A stretch of 43,689 nt of DNA, from positions 1 through 43,689 of the forward strand of contig JAZNGX010000072.1 of NCBI GenBank assembly GCA_045576675.1. The letters are read 5' to 3'. The notes below the pieces were generated by a model. It was not told where the DNA came from. It saw nothing but the letters and a program-made list of their open reading frames with translations, and ran no database searches. The translations under genes and the position numbers were made by a program. This DNA is from Clostridia bacterium. Lineage in GTDB: Bacteria; Bacillota; Clostridia; Monoglobales; Firm-18. Position 1 is the stretch's first letter; the number at the start of each line of letters is the position of its first letter. Positions 19,092 to 30,549 of this stretch are shown piece by piece.

Positions 19092-19115
19092 TTTTGAGTG
19101 CGAAAGGATAAAATT

Positions 19116-21176
19116 ATGGCAGAATATTTGGTTATTGTTGAGTCACCGGCTAAAGCTAAAACCATAAAAAAGTATTTGGGAAAAAATTATAGTGTTGAAG
19201 CTTCTATGGGACACGTCAGAGATTTGCCGAAAAGTGCACTTGGCATTGATGTGGAGCATAATTTTGAGCCAAAGTATATTACAATCAGAGGTAAGGGTGA
19301 CCTTATGGCAAAGCTTAAAAAGCAGGCGAAAGCGGCTAAAAAAGTTTTTCTTGCAACTGACCCTGACCGTGAAGGTGAAGCTATATCGTGGCATCTTGCC
19401 GCAACTCTTGGTATTGAAAAATCAAACACATATAGAATAGCGTTCAATGAGATTACCAAAAGTGCAGTACAAAACGCAGTGAAAAATCCGCGTGAAATAG
19501 ATATCAATCTTGTTGATGCACAACAGGCAAGACGTGTGCTTGACAGAATTGTGGGTTATAAAATCAGCCCGCTTTTATGGAAAAAGGTTAAAAAGGGTTT
19601 AAGTGCCGGTCGAGTTCAATCTGTTGCAACACGTCTGGTTGTTGACAGAGAGCGCGAAATAGAAGCTTTTATACCTAAAGAGTACTGGACCATTGATGCC
19701 GAGCTTTCAAAGCAAAAGCAAAAAACAAAGTTTGTTGCTAAGTTTTATGGTGACGAAAAAGGTAAAATAGAGCTTGGTAATGAAAAACAGGTTAATAAAA
19801 TATTAGCAGACCTTGAAAACGCACAGTACGAGGTTGTTAATGTAAAAAAATCAGTTAAAACAAGAACTCCTGCACCGCCGTTTATTACAAGCACGCTTCA
19901 GCAGGAAGCCAACAGAAAGCTGAATTTTTCATCCAAACGCACAATGCAGGCGGCACAGCAGCTTTACGAAGGTGTTAATGTAGGCGGAATTGGCTTGGTG
20001 GGTCTTATTACTTATATGAGAACAGATTCATTAAGAATTGCAGATGAGGCACAGGCGGCAGCAAGTGCATTTATAAAAGCGAATTACGGAGTTGAGTATG
20101 CACCAAAAAGCTATCGTGTATATAAAACAAAAAAGAATGCCCAGGATGCTCACGAGGCTATAAGACCTTCTGACGTTACAATCACCCCGGAGAAAATCAA
20201 GGATAGCGTAAAGCCTGATTTGTATAAGCTTTATAAGTTGATTTGGGAACGCTTTGTTGCAAGTCAGATGGAAAATGCCACATATGATGCACAGGCGGTT
20301 GATATTAAGGCAAACAATTATATTTTTAAAGCAAATGGTTCAAAAATAAAATTTGCTGGTTTTACAAAAATTTATGTTGAGTCAACTGATAATGATGATG
20401 AAACAGGCAAGCTGCCTGAGCTTGAAAACGGTGAAATTCTGGAGCTTTCAAAGCTTAATGAAAATCAGAAGTTTACCGAGCCGCCGGCTCGCTTTACCGA
20501 AGCATCGCTTATTAAAATGATGGAGGAGGATGGCATTGGCCGTCCGAGTACGTATGCACCAACCATCAGCACAATTCTTGCCAGAGGATATATTGCAAAG
20601 GAGAAAAAGAGCCTTTATCCTACTGAGCTTGGTACAATCGTAACAGATCTTATGACAGAGCATTTTAACGATATCGTTGACGTTGATTTCACAGCAAAAA
20701 TGGAAAAGCAGCTTGACGATGTTGAGGCAGGCTCTGTTGATTGGGTAAAAATAATAAGTGATTTTTACGAGCCTTTTGTGAAAACACTTTCAAAGGCAGA
20801 GGAAAACATAGGTAATATTGAGGTTAAGGATGAGGTTTCTGATGTACCGTGCGATAAGTGCGGCAGAATGATGGTTTATAAGATGGGCAGATTTGGCAAG
20901 TTTTTAGCCTGCCCCGGCTTCCCGGAATGCAGAAATGCAAAGCCTATTATAAAAGAAACCGGCGTTAAATGCCCGAAGTGCGGCGGAAAAATTCTTGTGA
21001 AGAAATCAAAAAGAGGTAAGGAGTATTTCGGTTGTGAAAACAACCCGAAGTGTGACTTTATGAGCTGGTATAAGCCAATAGATAAAAAATGCCCCGAATG
21101 CGGTTGGGTTATGGTAGAAAAACGCATAAGAGGCAAGGTGACAGAGCAATGTTCAAATGAGGAATGTGGTAAATAA
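19116..21176 (+). CDS. topA: DNA topoisomerase I
   Basis: [39 protein letters not shown]-terminal Cys zinc ribbons. Confidence 0.98.
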   Translation: MAEYLVIVESPAKAKTIKKYLGKNYSVEASMGHVRDLPKSALGIDVEHNFEPKYITIRGKGDLMAKLKKQAKAAKKVFLATDPDREGEAISWHLAATLGIEKSNTYRIAFNEITKSAVQNAVKNPREIDINLVDAQQARRVLDRIVGYKISPLLWKKVKKGLSAGRVQSVATRLVVDREREIEAFIPKEYWTIDAELSKQKQKTKFVAKFYGDEKGKIELGNEKQVNKILADLENAQYEVVNVKKSVKTRTPAPPFITSTLQQEANRKLNFSSKRTMQAAQQLYEGVNVGGIGLVGLITYMRTDSLRIADEAQAAASAFIKANYGVEYAPKSYRVYKTKKNAQDAHEAIRPSDVTITPEKIKDSVKPDLYKLYKLIWERFVASQMENATYDAQAVDIKANNYIFKANGSKIKFAGFTKIYVESTDNDDETGKLPELENGEILELSKLNENQKFTEPPARFTEASLIKMMEEDGIGRPSTYAPTISTILARGYIAKEKKSLYPTELGTIVTDLMTEHFNDIVDVDFTAKMEKQLDDVEAGSVDWVKIISDFYEPFVKTLSKAEENIGNIEVKDEVSDVPCDKCGRMMVYKMGRFGKFLACPGFPECRNAKPIIKETGVKCPKCGGKILVKKSKRGKEYFGCENNPKCDFMSWYKPIDKKCPECGWVMVEKRIRGKVTEQCSNEECGK

Positions 21177-22462
21177 TGACAGTTAATGTAATCGGAGCAG
21201 GTCTTGCAGGCTGTGAGGCGGCATGGCAGATAGCCAAAAGAGGCGTAAAGGTTAACCTTTACGAAATGAAGCCTACGAAAAAATCACCTGCTCATAAATA
21301 TGACGGTCTTGCAGAGCTGGTGTGCAGTAACTCGTTGCGTGCCGACGGAACTGCAAATGCTGTGGGGCTTTTGAAAGAAGAAATGCGTAGGCTTGGCTCG
21401 CTTGTTATGGAGTGTGCCGATGCGACACGTGTCCCTGCAGGCGGGGCTCTGGCGGTTGACCGTTACGGTTTTTCCGATATGATTACGGATAAAATCAAAA
21501 GCAATGAAAACATAACGCTTATGCTTGGTGAAGAAATTTCAAAAATTCCAGATGGTATAACTGTTATAGCAACAGGCCCTTTGTCTTCGGATGCTATTTG
21601 TGAGGAAATAAAAAGGCTCACCGGAAACAGCGAGTATCTGCACTTTTTTGATGCGGCGGCACCGATTGTGTCATATGATACGATTGATAAAAGCATTACC
21701 TACAAAGCGGCTCGTTATGGCAAGGGCGGTGCGGATTATATAAACTGCCCAATGACGAAAGAACAATACGATGCTTTTTATAATGAACTTATAAATGCCG
21801 AAACTGCAGAGGTAAAGGAGTTTGAAAACAATGTCTTTGAAGGCTGTATGCCTGTTGAAGTTATGGCAAAAAGAGGGTATAATACATTAACCTTCGGACC
21901 GCTAAAGCCTGTTGGATTACCTCGCCCTGACGGAACAATGCCTTATGCAGTGGTGCAGTTAAGACAGGATAATGCAGATGGAAGTATGTATAATATAGTA
22001 GGCTTTCAGACTCATCTTAAGTTTGGTGAGCAAAAGCGTGTGTTTGGTATGATACCGGGACTTGAAAATGCAGAATTTTTGCGTTATGGTGTGATGCACA
22101 GAAACACTTATATAAATTCGCCACAGCTTCTTGACAACACTTACAGATTAAAAAGTACAGACAATATATTCTTTGCAGGGCAGATTACAGGGGTTGAAGG
22201 ATATGTTGAAAGTGCAGCAAGCGGACTTGTGGCGGGAATTAATGCGGCTGCAAAGGCTCTTGATGAGCCACCGGTTGTATTTGATCGTGCAACTGCTCAC
22301 GGTGCATTAGCTCATTATATAAGTGACGAAACTGTTAAAAACTTTCAGCCGATGAATATAAATTTCGGACTTTTACCTTCTTTAGAGGTAAGAATTAAGT
22401 CAAAAAAAGAAAGATATGAAGAAATTTCTAAAAAAGCTCTTGCAATTTTAGAAAACATATGA
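21176..22462 (+). CDS. trmFO: Folate/FAD-dependent tRNA m5U54 methyltransferase
   Basis: [36 protein letters not shown]; follows topA. Confidence 0.96.
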   Translation: MTVNVIGAGLAGCEAAWQIAKRGVKVNLYEMKPTKKSPAHKYDGLAELVCSNSLRADGTANAVGLLKEEMRRLGSLVMECADATRVPAGGALAVDRYGFSDMITDKIKSNENITLMLGEEISKIPDGITVIATGPLSSDAICEEIKRLTGNSEYLHFFDAAAPIVSYDTIDKSITYKAARYGKGGADYINCPMTKEQYDAFYNELINAETAEVKEFENNVFEGCMPVEVMAKRGYNTLTFGPLKPVGLPRPDGTMPYAVVQLRQDNADGSMYNIVGFQTHLKFGEQKRVFGMIPGLENAEFLRYGVMHRNTYINSPQLLDNTYRLKSTDNIFFAGQITGVEGYVESAASGLVAGINAAAKALDEPPVVFDRATAHGALAHYISDETVKNFQPMNINFGLLPSLEVRIKSKKERYEEISKKALAILENI

Positions 22463-22468
22463 TATTAT
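22440..22468 (+). promoter_or_regulatory. rpsB promoter overlapping the trmFO 3' end
   Basis: TTGCAA-N17-TATTAT with extended -10 TG. Confidence 0.6.
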
Positions 22469-22523
22469 AGTAAGGCTATGATTGTGTCTTTATGCCCATT
22501 TAGACATAATTATATATAAAAAA

Positions 22524-22600
22524 ATACGCACGTATGCAGGATTTGACGGGGGTTGCCCTTTGGGTTTCCGGCAAAAATGACTGCTGCGGAGGTGTAATTA
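22524..22600 (+). promoter_or_regulatory. Probable S2 (rpsB) autoregulatory leader
   Basis: TACGC/GTGTA and GCAG/CTGC pairings, GGTTGC...CGGAGG motifs in a GC-rich island of the 5' UTR. Confidence 0.55.
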
Positions 22601-22621
22601 AAAAACAAGGAGGATTTAAAA

Positions 22622-23362
22622 ATGGGAGTAATTTCAATGAAACAGCTTCTGGAGGCAGGCGTTCACTTTGGACACCAGACTCGCAGATGGAACCCGAAAA
22701 TGGCTGAGTACATTTTCACAGAAAGAAACGGTATCTACATCATCGACTTGCAGAAGACCGTTAAAAAGGTAGAAGAAGCTTACAGCTTCGTTCGTGAAGT
22801 ATCAGAAGGAGATAACACAATCCTTTTCGTTGGTACTAAAAAGCAGGCTCAGGAAGCTATCTGTGATGAAGCTAAGCGTGTAGGTATGTACTACGTTAAC
22901 AACAGATGGTTGGGTGGTATGCTTACAAACTTCAAAACAATCAGAAGAAGTATTGACCGTCTTTATCAGTTAGAAAAGATGGAAGAAGACGGCACATTTG
23001 ATTTGTTGCCAAAGAAGGAAGTATTAAAGCTTAAGAAAGAAATGGAAAAGCTTGAAAAGAACTTCGGCGGTATCAAGGAAATGAAGAAAATGCCTTCAGC
23101 TATGTTTGTTGTTGATCCCCGCAAGGAGAGAATCGCTATCGCTGAAGCTAAAAGACTTGGTATTCCTGTTGTTGCTATCGTTGACACAAACTGTGACCCT
23201 GAGGAAGTTGACTATGTTATCCCAGGTAACGACGATGCAATCCGTGCAGTAAAATTAATTGTTGAATGTATTGCAAACGCTGTTTTGGAAGCAAAACAGG
23301 GTGAATCATTCTCAGTTGCTGATGATGCAGACGATGCAGAAGAAGTAATGGAGCAGGAATAA
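22622..23362 (+). CDS. rpsB: 30S ribosomal protein S2
   Basis: [33 protein letters not shown]. Confidence 0.99.
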   Translation: MGVISMKQLLEAGVHFGHQTRRWNPKMAEYIFTERNGIYIIDLQKTVKKVEEAYSFVREVSEGDNTILFVGTKKQAQEAICDEAKRVGMYYVNNRWLGGMLTNFKTIRRSIDRLYQLEKMEEDGTFDLLPKKEVLKLKKEMEKLEKNFGGIKEMKKMPSAMFVVDPRKERIAIAEAKRLGIPVVAIVDTNCDPEEVDYVIPGNDDAIRAVKLIVECIANAVLEAKQGESFSVADDADDAEEVMEQE

Positions 23363-23393
23363 TTTAACTATAGAAGAAAAGGAGTTTTGATAT

Positions 23394-24287
23394 ATGATTT
23401 CAGCAAGCGCTGTAAAAGAGTTGCGTGAGGTTACAGGCTGCGGTATGATGGACTGCAAAAAAGCTTTAACCGAAACAAACGGTGATTTTGACAAGGCTGT
23501 TGACTATCTTCGTGAAAAAGGTCTTGCTACTGCTGCTAAAAAGGCAGGCAGAATAGCTTCAGAAGGTCTTGTTGATATATTGGTAGAAGGTAACGTTGGT
23601 GCAATGGTTGAGATTAACTCAGAAACTGACTTCGTTGCTAAAAATGAAGAATTCCAGACATTTGTTAAAAATGTTGCAAGACAGGTTATCGCTGTAAATC
23701 CTGCAGATGTTGATGCACTTTTAGAGTCAAAGTTTATTGATGACGAGTCAATGACAATCAAGGATTTGTTAACAGAAAAGATTGCAAAAATCGGCGAAAA
23801 TATGAATTTGAGACGTTTTGCAAGATATGAAGGTGGCGTTGTAGGTTATGTTCACGCTGCAGGCAGAATCGGTGTTATGGTTAAGGTTGAAGCTGACCTT
23901 ACAAACGCTGATGCAGCAGTTGCTGCAAAAGACTGCGCAATGCAGATTGCAGCTATCAATCCTTTATACAAGGATAAGGACAGCGTTCCTGCAGAAGACC
24001 TTGAAAAAGAAAAGAACATCATCAAGGCTCAGATTAAAGAAGATCCTAAAAATGCTTCAAAGCCAGACAATATCATTGAAAAAATGCTTATTGGTAAGGT
24101 TAACAAGTTCTACGAGCAGAACTGTCTTGTTGAACAGGCATTTGTTAAGGATGACAGCATAAGCGTTGGCAAATATCTTGAATCTAAGGGCGTTAAGCTT
24201 GTAGATTATGTTCGCTTTGAAAAGGGCGAAGGTCTTGAAAAGAAAGTTGACGACTTTGCAGCAGAAGTTGCAAGTATGACAAAATAA
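23394..24287 (+). CDS. tsf: Elongation factor Ts
   Basis: VKELREVTGCGMMDCKKAL, EINSETDFVAKN. Confidence 0.98.
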   Translation: MISASAVKELREVTGCGMMDCKKALTETNGDFDKAVDYLREKGLATAAKKAGRIASEGLVDILVEGNVGAMVEINSETDFVAKNEEFQTFVKNVARQVIAVNPADVDALLESKFIDDESMTIKDLLTEKIAKIGENMNLRRFARYEGGVVGYVHAAGRIGVMVKVEADLTNADAAVAAKDCAMQIAAINPLYKDKDSVPAEDLEKEKNIIKAQIKEDPKNASKPDNIIEKMLIGKVNKFYEQNCLVEQAFVKDDSISVGKYLESKGVKLVDYVRFEKGEGLEKKVDDFAAEVASMTK

Positions 24288-24416
24288 TCAAGCTTAGTTT
24301 TGCTTATCTTTTCGGGTAGTTATTAAATTATGCTTGATTGAAACGGTGTGATGAAATTGCTTGGCAGTTTCTTACATTGTTATAAGATATACCTATTAAA
24401 TAAGGAGGATTAACAG

Positions 24417-24551
24417 ATGTTACAGACATATCAGCCTAAAAAACGTCAGAGAAAAAAGGTTCACGGTTTCAGAAAGCGTATGGCAACTGCTAACGGCAGA
24501 AAGGTTCTTGCTCGCCGTCGTTTAAAGGGTCGTGCTAAAATTTCAGCGTAG
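24417..24551 (+). CDS. rpmH: 50S ribosomal protein L34 (absent from ORF track)
   Basis: Hand translation [44 protein letters not shown]; SD AAGGAGG. Confidence 0.98.
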   Translation: MLQTYQPKKRQRKKVHGFRKRMATANGRKVLARRRLKGRAKISA

Positions 24552-24576
24552 TATTTAAGTCTAATGGACTACAGTT

Positions 24577-24605
24577 ACGGATTGGGCATTTTATGCCCAA
24601 TCCGT
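24577..24605 (+). other. Strong hairpin between rpmH and rnpA
   Basis: ACGGATTGGGCAT-TTT-ATGCCCAATCCGT perfect stem, without a long T tract. Confidence 0.7.
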
Positions 24606-24634
24606 GATTTGAATTTAAAGAAAGGTAATTCTTT

Positions 24635-25000
24635 ATGAAAAATACCTGTTCTCTTAATAAGAATACATGGTTTAAACGGCTGTATTATAAAGGAAAAAAG
24701 ATTCAAAGTCCGTTTTTTACTTTGTATTATATGAAAGTAAACAATCAGTCTATAAACCGCTTGGGCTTCACGGTTAGCACTAAGCTTGGTAAGGCAGTTA
24801 TAAGAAACCGTGTCAGACGTCATTTATACGAAAGCTTCAGAAAGTATGAGCCTGAATTAAAGGTTGGCTATTATATGGTGATTGCGGCAAAGCACTCGGC
24901 TGTGGGTGCTGATTTTCAAAGTATATGCCGCAGTATGGGTGGAGTACTTAAAAAAGCAGAGATATTTAATAATGAAGAAATTAATTGTAACGGTAATTAA
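24635..25000 (+). CDS. rnpA: RNase P protein component
   Basis: [21 protein letters not shown] (RNR motif). Confidence 0.95.
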   Translation: MKNTCSLNKNTWFKRLYYKGKKIQSPFFTLYYMKVNNQSINRLGFTVSTKLGKAVIRNRVRRHLYESFRKYEPELKVGYYMVIAAKHSAVGADFQSICRSMGGVLKKAEIFNNEEINCNGN

Positions 25001-25181
25001 GTTTTATAGAAAATATATTTCACCAATGAAAAGACCGTGTTGCAGGTTTTATCCGACTTGTTCGGCGTATTGTCTTGAAGCAGTAGATAAGTACGGTGCA
25101 ATTAAAGGCGGCTTGCTTTCTATAAAACGTTTGTGTCGTTGCCATCCGTGGAATAAAGGTGGTTACGACCCTGTTCCGTAA
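24972..25181 (+). CDS. yidD: Membrane protein insertion efficiency factor
   Basis: [31 protein letters not shown]. Confidence 0.95.
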   Translation: MKKLIVTVIKFYRKYISPMKRPCCRFYPTCSAYCLEAVDKYGAIKGGLLSIKRLCRCHPWNKGGYDPVP

Positions 25182-25201
25182 CAGAAATATGTGGAGGACA
25201 T

Positions 25202-26095
25202 ATGGGATCACTTATAAGACCATTCGGTATGTTTCTGAAATTATTATATGATTTGACCGGCAATTACGGCTGGGCATTGATTATATTTACGGTTATAGTT
25301 AACGTCGCTTTAATGCCTCTTAGCATAAAGCAGCAGAAATCAACTATGGCTATGCAGAAAATTCAGCCGAGAATGAATGAAATTCAAAAAAAATATCAAT
25401 ATGACAAAGAAAAGCAGAGTCAGGAAATGATGAAGCTTTATCAAGAATATAATATTAATCCAATGAGCGGATGCTTACCGCTTTTAATCCAGTTTCCAAT
25501 AATTTTGATTTTGTATCAGGCAGTATTGAAGCCACTAACTTATATGTTTGGTGCCACAGAGGGATTTACTCCTGCAGTTATTGAAAGCCTGATGGAAAAA
25601 GCAAGTGAAATTATAGGCAAGCCGGTTACATCGGAAATTCAGATTTTTTCAGTAGTAGACAAGCTGGGTGATTTGTGGCCACAGGGCGTTGAGGTTATGA
25701 ATTTTGACTTCTTTGGTCTTGCTCTAAATCAGACACCAAACTTTGCTGTTCCAAGCTTACTTTGGATAATACCTGTTGTTTGTGTACTTACAACTTATTT
25801 GTCATCAGCAATTATGACAAAGCAGCAAAATAAACAAAACAGTTCTGCAAACAATAACCCAACTGCTGATTCGATGAAAACTATGCAGACATTTATGCCA
25901 CTTATGACAGGCTTTTTTGCATTTACATTGCCTGCTGCACTTGGTTTTTACTGGACAATCGGTAATATAGTAAGATTATTCCAACAGTTGTATCTGAATT
26001 ATCGTTTTAAAAAGTTAACTGAATCGGAGGAACAGGAAAAGCTTAATGCCGGAACTGTGCATCCGTCTAAAAAGAAGAAGGGGAATAAGAAATGA
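25202..26095 (+). CDS. yidC: Membrane protein insertase YidC/Oxa1
   Basis: NYGWALIIFT, MQKIQP, NPMSGCLPLLIQFPI, LPAALGFYW. Confidence 0.95.
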   Translation: MGSLIRPFGMFLKLLYDLTGNYGWALIIFTVIVNVALMPLSIKQQKSTMAMQKIQPRMNEIQKKYQYDKEKQSQEMMKLYQEYNINPMSGCLPLLIQFPIILILYQAVLKPLTYMFGATEGFTPAVIESLMEKASEIIGKPVTSEIQIFSVVDKLGDLWPQGVEVMNFDFFGLALNQTPNFAVPSLLWIIPVVCVLTTYLSSAIMTKQQNKQNSSANNNPTADSMKTMQTFMPLMTGFFAFTLPAALGFYWTIGNIVRLFQQLYLNYRFKKLTESEEQEKLNAGTVHPSKKKKGNKK

Positions 26096-26889
26096 CAGAA
26101 CGTATAGAATTTGTTGCAAAAACAGTTGATGAAGCTGTTATGAATGCGATGAAGCATTTTAATGCAACAAGAGATAAAATTAACGTAAGAATTGTTGAAG
26201 AAGGGTCGAAAGGACTTTTTGGCTTTGGTGCAAAGGATGCAAAAATCGTTGTTTCATTAAAGGATGAAGCTGAGCTTGCTGCAGCAAAAGCAAAAGCTGA
26301 GGCTAAGCCCAAGGCAGAACCCAAGCCGAAGCCTGAGAAAAAAGCGCCTGTAAAGGCAGAAAAAGAAGAAATCGGTGAAGAAGAACCGGTAAAAGCTCCA
26401 AGAGAAATCAAAGAGCTGACTGAAGAAGCTGCCGCACATGGTGAGGTTGCTGCTGTTGAGTTTATGAATGGTTTGATTGAAAAGATGGGCGTTGATTGTA
26501 CTGTCACAACAGAACGTCAGCCTGACTGCATTAAAGTTATAATGCACGGAGAAGGTGTTGGTGCATTAATCGGCAGACGCGGCGAAACGCTTGATTCAGT
26601 TCAGTATCTTACAAATCTTTATGTGAACAAAAAACGCAGAGGCGATGATTATTGCAGAATAGTTGTTGACTCTGAAACATATCGTGCAAAACGTCAGGAA
26701 ACTCTTGTACGTCTTGCAAACAGTATGGCTGCAAAAGCTGTTAAATATCGCAAGGATATGTCTTTAGAGCCAATGACTCCTTATGAAAGACGTATAATAC
26801 ATGCTGCATTGCAGAATGTACCTAACGTTAAAACACGCAGTGTTGGTGAAGAACCAAACAGACGTATTGTGGTTATGTACAAGAAATAA
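26092..26889 (+). CDS. jag: RNA-binding protein Jag/KhpB/EloR
   Basis: Jag_N, LIGRRGETLDSVQYL (KH), PYERRIIH (R3H). Confidence 0.95.
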   Translation: MTERIEFVAKTVDEAVMNAMKHFNATRDKINVRIVEEGSKGLFGFGAKDAKIVVSLKDEAELAAAKAKAEAKPKAEPKPKPEKKAPVKAEKEEIGEEEPVKAPREIKELTEEAAAHGEVAAVEFMNGLIEKMGVDCTVTTERQPDCIKVIMHGEGVGALIGRRGETLDSVQYLTNLYVNKKRRGDDYCRIVVDSETYRAKRQETLVRLANSMAAKAVKYRKDMSLEPMTPYERRIIHAALQNVPNVKTRSVGEEPNRRIVVMYKK

Positions 26890-26902
26890 TTATAAATTTA
26901 AT

Positions 26903-27282
26903 AAGGCTGTCTCGAAATAGTGAAACTGTACTAAGCATGACAGAACTCGAACTGGATGTGGTTTAAAAGGTAAATTTTACGTCCACATGTGTTAAAATGC
27001 TCGTTAATATCGCATATTAACTTGCGCTTTTGCCTATGTGGACAAAAAATTTTCTCTTTTAAACTTCGTTAGAACCCTATCGCATAATTAAAATTTTGAT
27101 AGTTTGGTGCGTAAAAACGCAGGAAGGCTGACGCCTTTCAAGTTTGACAATCCGAAATAGCGAAATTTTAATATGCGAAGGGCATATCAAGTTCGGGTCC
27201 TGTTATGCCTGCAGGAGAAATGCCAAAATTGTACCGCTTTTAAATCGGTGTAGTTTGTCATTGACTTTTTCGGGGCAGCCTT
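26903..27282 (+). other. Large structured intergenic element bounded by imperfect inverted repeats (candidate ncRNA or MITE-like insert)
   Basis: AAGGCTGTCTCGAAA 26903-26917 pairs with TTTCGGGGCAGCCTT 27268-27282; several long nested internal helices. Confidence 0.7.
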
Positions 27283-27304
27283 TTTGTTTAGGTTGGTGAA
27301 TAAT

Positions 27305-28642
27305 ATGACTATTGCGGCAATTGCAACTGCTCAGGCATCAGGTGGTATCGGCATAGTGCGTTTGAGCGGTGAAAAATCAATAGAAATAGCAGATAAGCTC
27401 TTTTGCGGAAAGTCTGTAAAAGCTATGGAAAGCCACAAAATGCATCTTGGTAAAATCAAATATAACGGAAGTGTTGTTGATGAGGCGTTGGTTTGCGTAT
27501 TTAAGGCTCCAAACAGCTATACCGGTGAGGATGTTGTAGAAATACACTGTCACGGCGGGGTTGCAGTGTGCAGAATAGTGCTTGATGCCTGCATAGCAAA
27601 TGGTGCAATGCACGCAAAAGCAGGTGAGTTTACAAAGCGGGCATTTTTGAATGGTAAAATGGATTTGTCGCAGGCAGAAGCTGTTGCTGACCTGATTAAT
27701 GCACAAACTGAAAATCAGGTTAATGTTGCTGCCGCACAGCTTGATAAGAACCTGTCATCTGATATCTCAGCTTTACGTCAGAGTCTTGTTGATGCCCTTG
27801 GTCATCTTATGGCAACAATGGACTTTTCTGAAGACGGAGTTGAACCATATGAGTATGATGAGCTTATAGGTAATTTAAATAATGCATACGAAAAAACCAA
27901 CAAGCTTATTAAGTCATCAGAGGATGGAAGGATAATCAAAGATGGTGTTAACACTGCTATAATCGGTGCTCCAAATGCAGGTAAGTCCAGTCTTTTGAAT
28001 GCAATTTCAGGCGAGGACAGAGCTATTGTTACGGATATAAAGGGAACAACACGCGATGTGCTTGAAATATCGGTTAATATACGAGGCTGTAAGCTTAATT
28101 TGTTTGATACTGCAGGCATACGTGAGAGTGATGATACTATAGAGAAAATAGGAATTGAACGTTCCAAAAAAACTGTTGAGGCTGCTGATTTGATTTTCTT
28201 TGTTATAGACGGCAGTAAAGGCATAACTGCTGAGGAAGAAGAAATAATATCGTTTATTGATAAAAGCAAAACCATTATTATAATAAATAAGGACGACCTT
28301 GAACAAGTTGAAATTGACACACTGGGGTATATGGATAATGTAAGCATTTCAGCTAAAAATTCAAGTGGTCTTGAAAAGCTTTATGACATAATCCTTAGTC
28401 GCTATAACAGCATAGATTTGAAGGATAGAGTAGTTATTACAAATCCGCGTCACCGTGACAGCCTTGTTAGAGCAAACAGCCTTTTAAAAGGAATTATCGG
28501 AGATATTACGTCAGGCATACCTTTTGACATAATATTAAGTGATATGGAACTTGCAATTTCTGCTCTCGGCGAAATCGGCGGCGAAACTGTAAGTGATGAA
28601 ATTGTGGAAAACATTTTCTCTAATTTTTGTGTTGGTAAGTAG
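27305..28642 (+). CDS. mnmE: tRNA U34 modification GTPase
   Basis: TIAAIAT, GEFTKRAFLNGK, GAPNAGKSS, GTTRD, DTAG, NKDD, terminal FCVGK. Confidence 0.97.
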   Translation: MTIAAIATAQASGGIGIVRLSGEKSIEIADKLFCGKSVKAMESHKMHLGKIKYNGSVVDEALVCVFKAPNSYTGEDVVEIHCHGGVAVCRIVLDACIANGAMHAKAGEFTKRAFLNGKMDLSQAEAVADLINAQTENQVNVAAAQLDKNLSSDISALRQSLVDALGHLMATMDFSEDGVEPYEYDELIGNLNNAYEKTNKLIKSSEDGRIIKDGVNTAIIGAPNAGKSSLLNAISGEDRAIVTDIKGTTRDVLEISVNIRGCKLNLFDTAGIRESDDTIEKIGIERSKKTVEAADLIFFVIDGSKGITAEEEEIISFIDKSKTIIIINKDDLEQVEIDTLGYMDNVSISAKNSSGLEKLYDIILSRYNSIDLKDRVVITNPRHRDSLVRANSLLKGIIGDITSGIPFDIILSDMELAISALGEIGGETVSDEIVENIFSNFCVGK

Positions 28643-28651
28643 GTGGAAAGT

Positions 28652-30517
28652 ATGGAAAAATATAATGCAGGTGAATTTGATGTAGCAATTATCGGTGCAG
28701 GTCATGCAGGCTGTGAGGCGGCACTTGCCTGTGCAAGACTTGGACTTAAAACGATAATTTTTTCTATAAACCTTGACAGCATCGGCAATATGCCGTGCAA
28801 TCCAAGTATAGGTGGAACAGCAAAAGGACATCTTGTGCGTGAAATAGATTCCCTCGGTGGTGAAATGGGACGTGCTGCCGATGCAACATTTATCCAGTCA
28901 AGAATGTTAAACAAGGGTAAAGGCCCGGCAGTGTATTCGCTTCGTGTACAGTCGGACAGACAGCGTTATAGAATGTATATGAAGGATGTTCTTGAAAAAC
29001 AGGAAAATCTTTTTATAAAGCAGGCAGAGGTTGTTGAAATTCTGCACAAGGATAACAAGGTATGCGGAGTTGTGGCACACACCGGTGCAACCTTTGACGT
29101 AAAGGCGGTTATAATAGCTACCGGTACGTTTTTACGTGGCAGAATCATTATAGGTGATGTTTCATATGAGGGCGGACCGGACGGAATGTTCCCTGCACGT
29201 GAAATGACAAATTCACTTGTTGATATGGGAATAAAGCTTATGCGTTTTAAAACAGGTACGCCTGCACGTGTCAATGCAAGAACGATAGATTATTCCAAGT
29301 TTGAAAAGCAGGACGGAGATGACGATATCACACCGTTTTCCTTTGATACTAAAGAGGTTGGCGAAAACAAGATAAGCTGTTATCTTTCTTATACAAATGA
29401 GGACACTCATAATGTTATAAGGCAAAATCTGCATCGTTCCCCATTGTACAGCGGTAATATTGAGGGGATTGGCCCGAGATACTGCCCGTCAATTGAAGAT
29501 AAGATTGTAAGGTTTTCAGACAAGCCGCGTCATCAGTTCTTTTTAGAGCCAATGGGGCTTGACACAGAAGAGGTGTATGTTCAGGGACTTTCATCTTCGT
29601 TGCCTGAGGACGTGCAGATTGCGTTTTTAAAAACTATTCCCGGACTTGAAAACGTTCATATGATGCGTACTGCCTATGCAATCGAATATGATTGCATTGA
29701 CCCGACTCAGCTATTGCCGACACTTGAATTTAAAAACATAAGCGGCTTGTATGGTGCAGGTCAGTTTAACGGAAGCTCAGGCTATGAGGAGGCTGCAGCT
29801 CAGGGACTTATGGCTGGCATTAATGCTGCAAGAAAGTTAAAGGGTGAAGAGCCGTTTGTTCTTTCGCGTGCAGAGGCGTACATTGGCGTACTAATTGATG
29901 ATTTGGTAACAAAGGGAACTAACGAGCCGTACAGAATGCTTACTGCCCGTGCAGAACACAGGCTTCTTTTAAGACAGGACAATGCGGATTTAAGACTTAC
30001 ACCTTACGGATACAAAATAGGGCTTGTGCCACAGGAGCGCTACGACAGATTCTGCGAAATGAAGGCTTGCATAGAAAGTGAAATAAAAAGACTTTCCAAA
30101 AAGGTTGCACCGCCAAGTGAACGCGTGAATGAATTTCTTCGCAAGAGAGAAAGCACTGTAATTTCGTCAGGCGTACATTATGACGAGCTTTTAAGACGCC
30201 CTGAAATTACTTATGAGTCGTTAAAAGAAATAGATGATGAGTTCCCTGATTACGATAAAAACATTTCAAATCAGATAGAAATATCAGTTAAGTATGAGGG
30301 ATATATCAAACGTCAGGCAGAACAGGCAGAGCAGGTTAAAAAGCTTGATAACAAAAGAATACCAGAGAATATTAATTATGATGATGTTTACGGCCTCAGA
30401 ATAGAAGCACGCCAGAAGCTTAACTCAGTAAAGCCACGCTCTGTTGGTCAGGCATCAAGAATTTCAGGTGTTTCGCCTGCGGATATAGCGGTGCTTTTGG
30501 TATATTTAAGTAAGTAA
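28652..30517 (+). CDS. mnmG: tRNA U34 carboxymethylaminomethyl modification enzyme
   Basis: [38 protein letters not shown]. Confidence 0.97.
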   Translation: MEKYNAGEFDVAIIGAGHAGCEAALACARLGLKTIIFSINLDSIGNMPCNPSIGGTAKGHLVREIDSLGGEMGRAADATFIQSRMLNKGKGPAVYSLRVQSDRQRYRMYMKDVLEKQENLFIKQAEVVEILHKDNKVCGVVAHTGATFDVKAVIIATGTFLRGRIIIGDVSYEGGPDGMFPAREMTNSLVDMGIKLMRFKTGTPARVNARTIDYSKFEKQDGDDDITPFSFDTKEVGENKISCYLSYTNEDTHNVIRQNLHRSPLYSGNIEGIGPRYCPSIEDKIVRFSDKPRHQFFLEPMGLDTEEVYVQGLSSSLPEDVQIAFLKTIPGLENVHMMRTAYAIEYDCIDPTQLLPTLEFKNISGLYGAGQFNGSSGYEEAAAQGLMAGINAARKLKGEEPFVLSRAEAYIGVLIDDLVTKGTNEPYRMLTARAEHRLLLRQDNADLRLTPYGYKIGLVPQERYDRFCEMKACIESEIKRLSKKVAPPSERVNEFLRKRESTVISSGVHYDELLRRPEITYESLKEIDDEFPDYDKNISNQIEISVKYEGYIKRQAEQAEQVKKLDNKRIPENINYDDVYGLRIEARQKLNSVKPRSVGQASRISGVSPADIAVLLVYLSK

Positions 30518-30549
30518 AAGCAAAAAATATCCTGTGGAGGTGTTTAACT

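Noticed and set aside
24311-24321. TTCGGGTAGTT shared with 232-242
   Set aside because: An 11-bp match without a partner arm here; compatible with chance
24288-24416. oriC upstream of rpmH
   Set aside because: No DnaA boxes, no dnaA gene, and no change in gene orientation
26270-26400. Low-complexity Ala/Lys/Pro/Glu repeat in jag
   Set aside because: Typical variable linker between the Jag_N and KH domains
27802-28347. Long antisense ORFs (also 822-1235, 16047-16646, 32067-32561, 42779-43210)
   Set aside because: They shadow well-supported genes on the opposite strand and show no recognisable motifs
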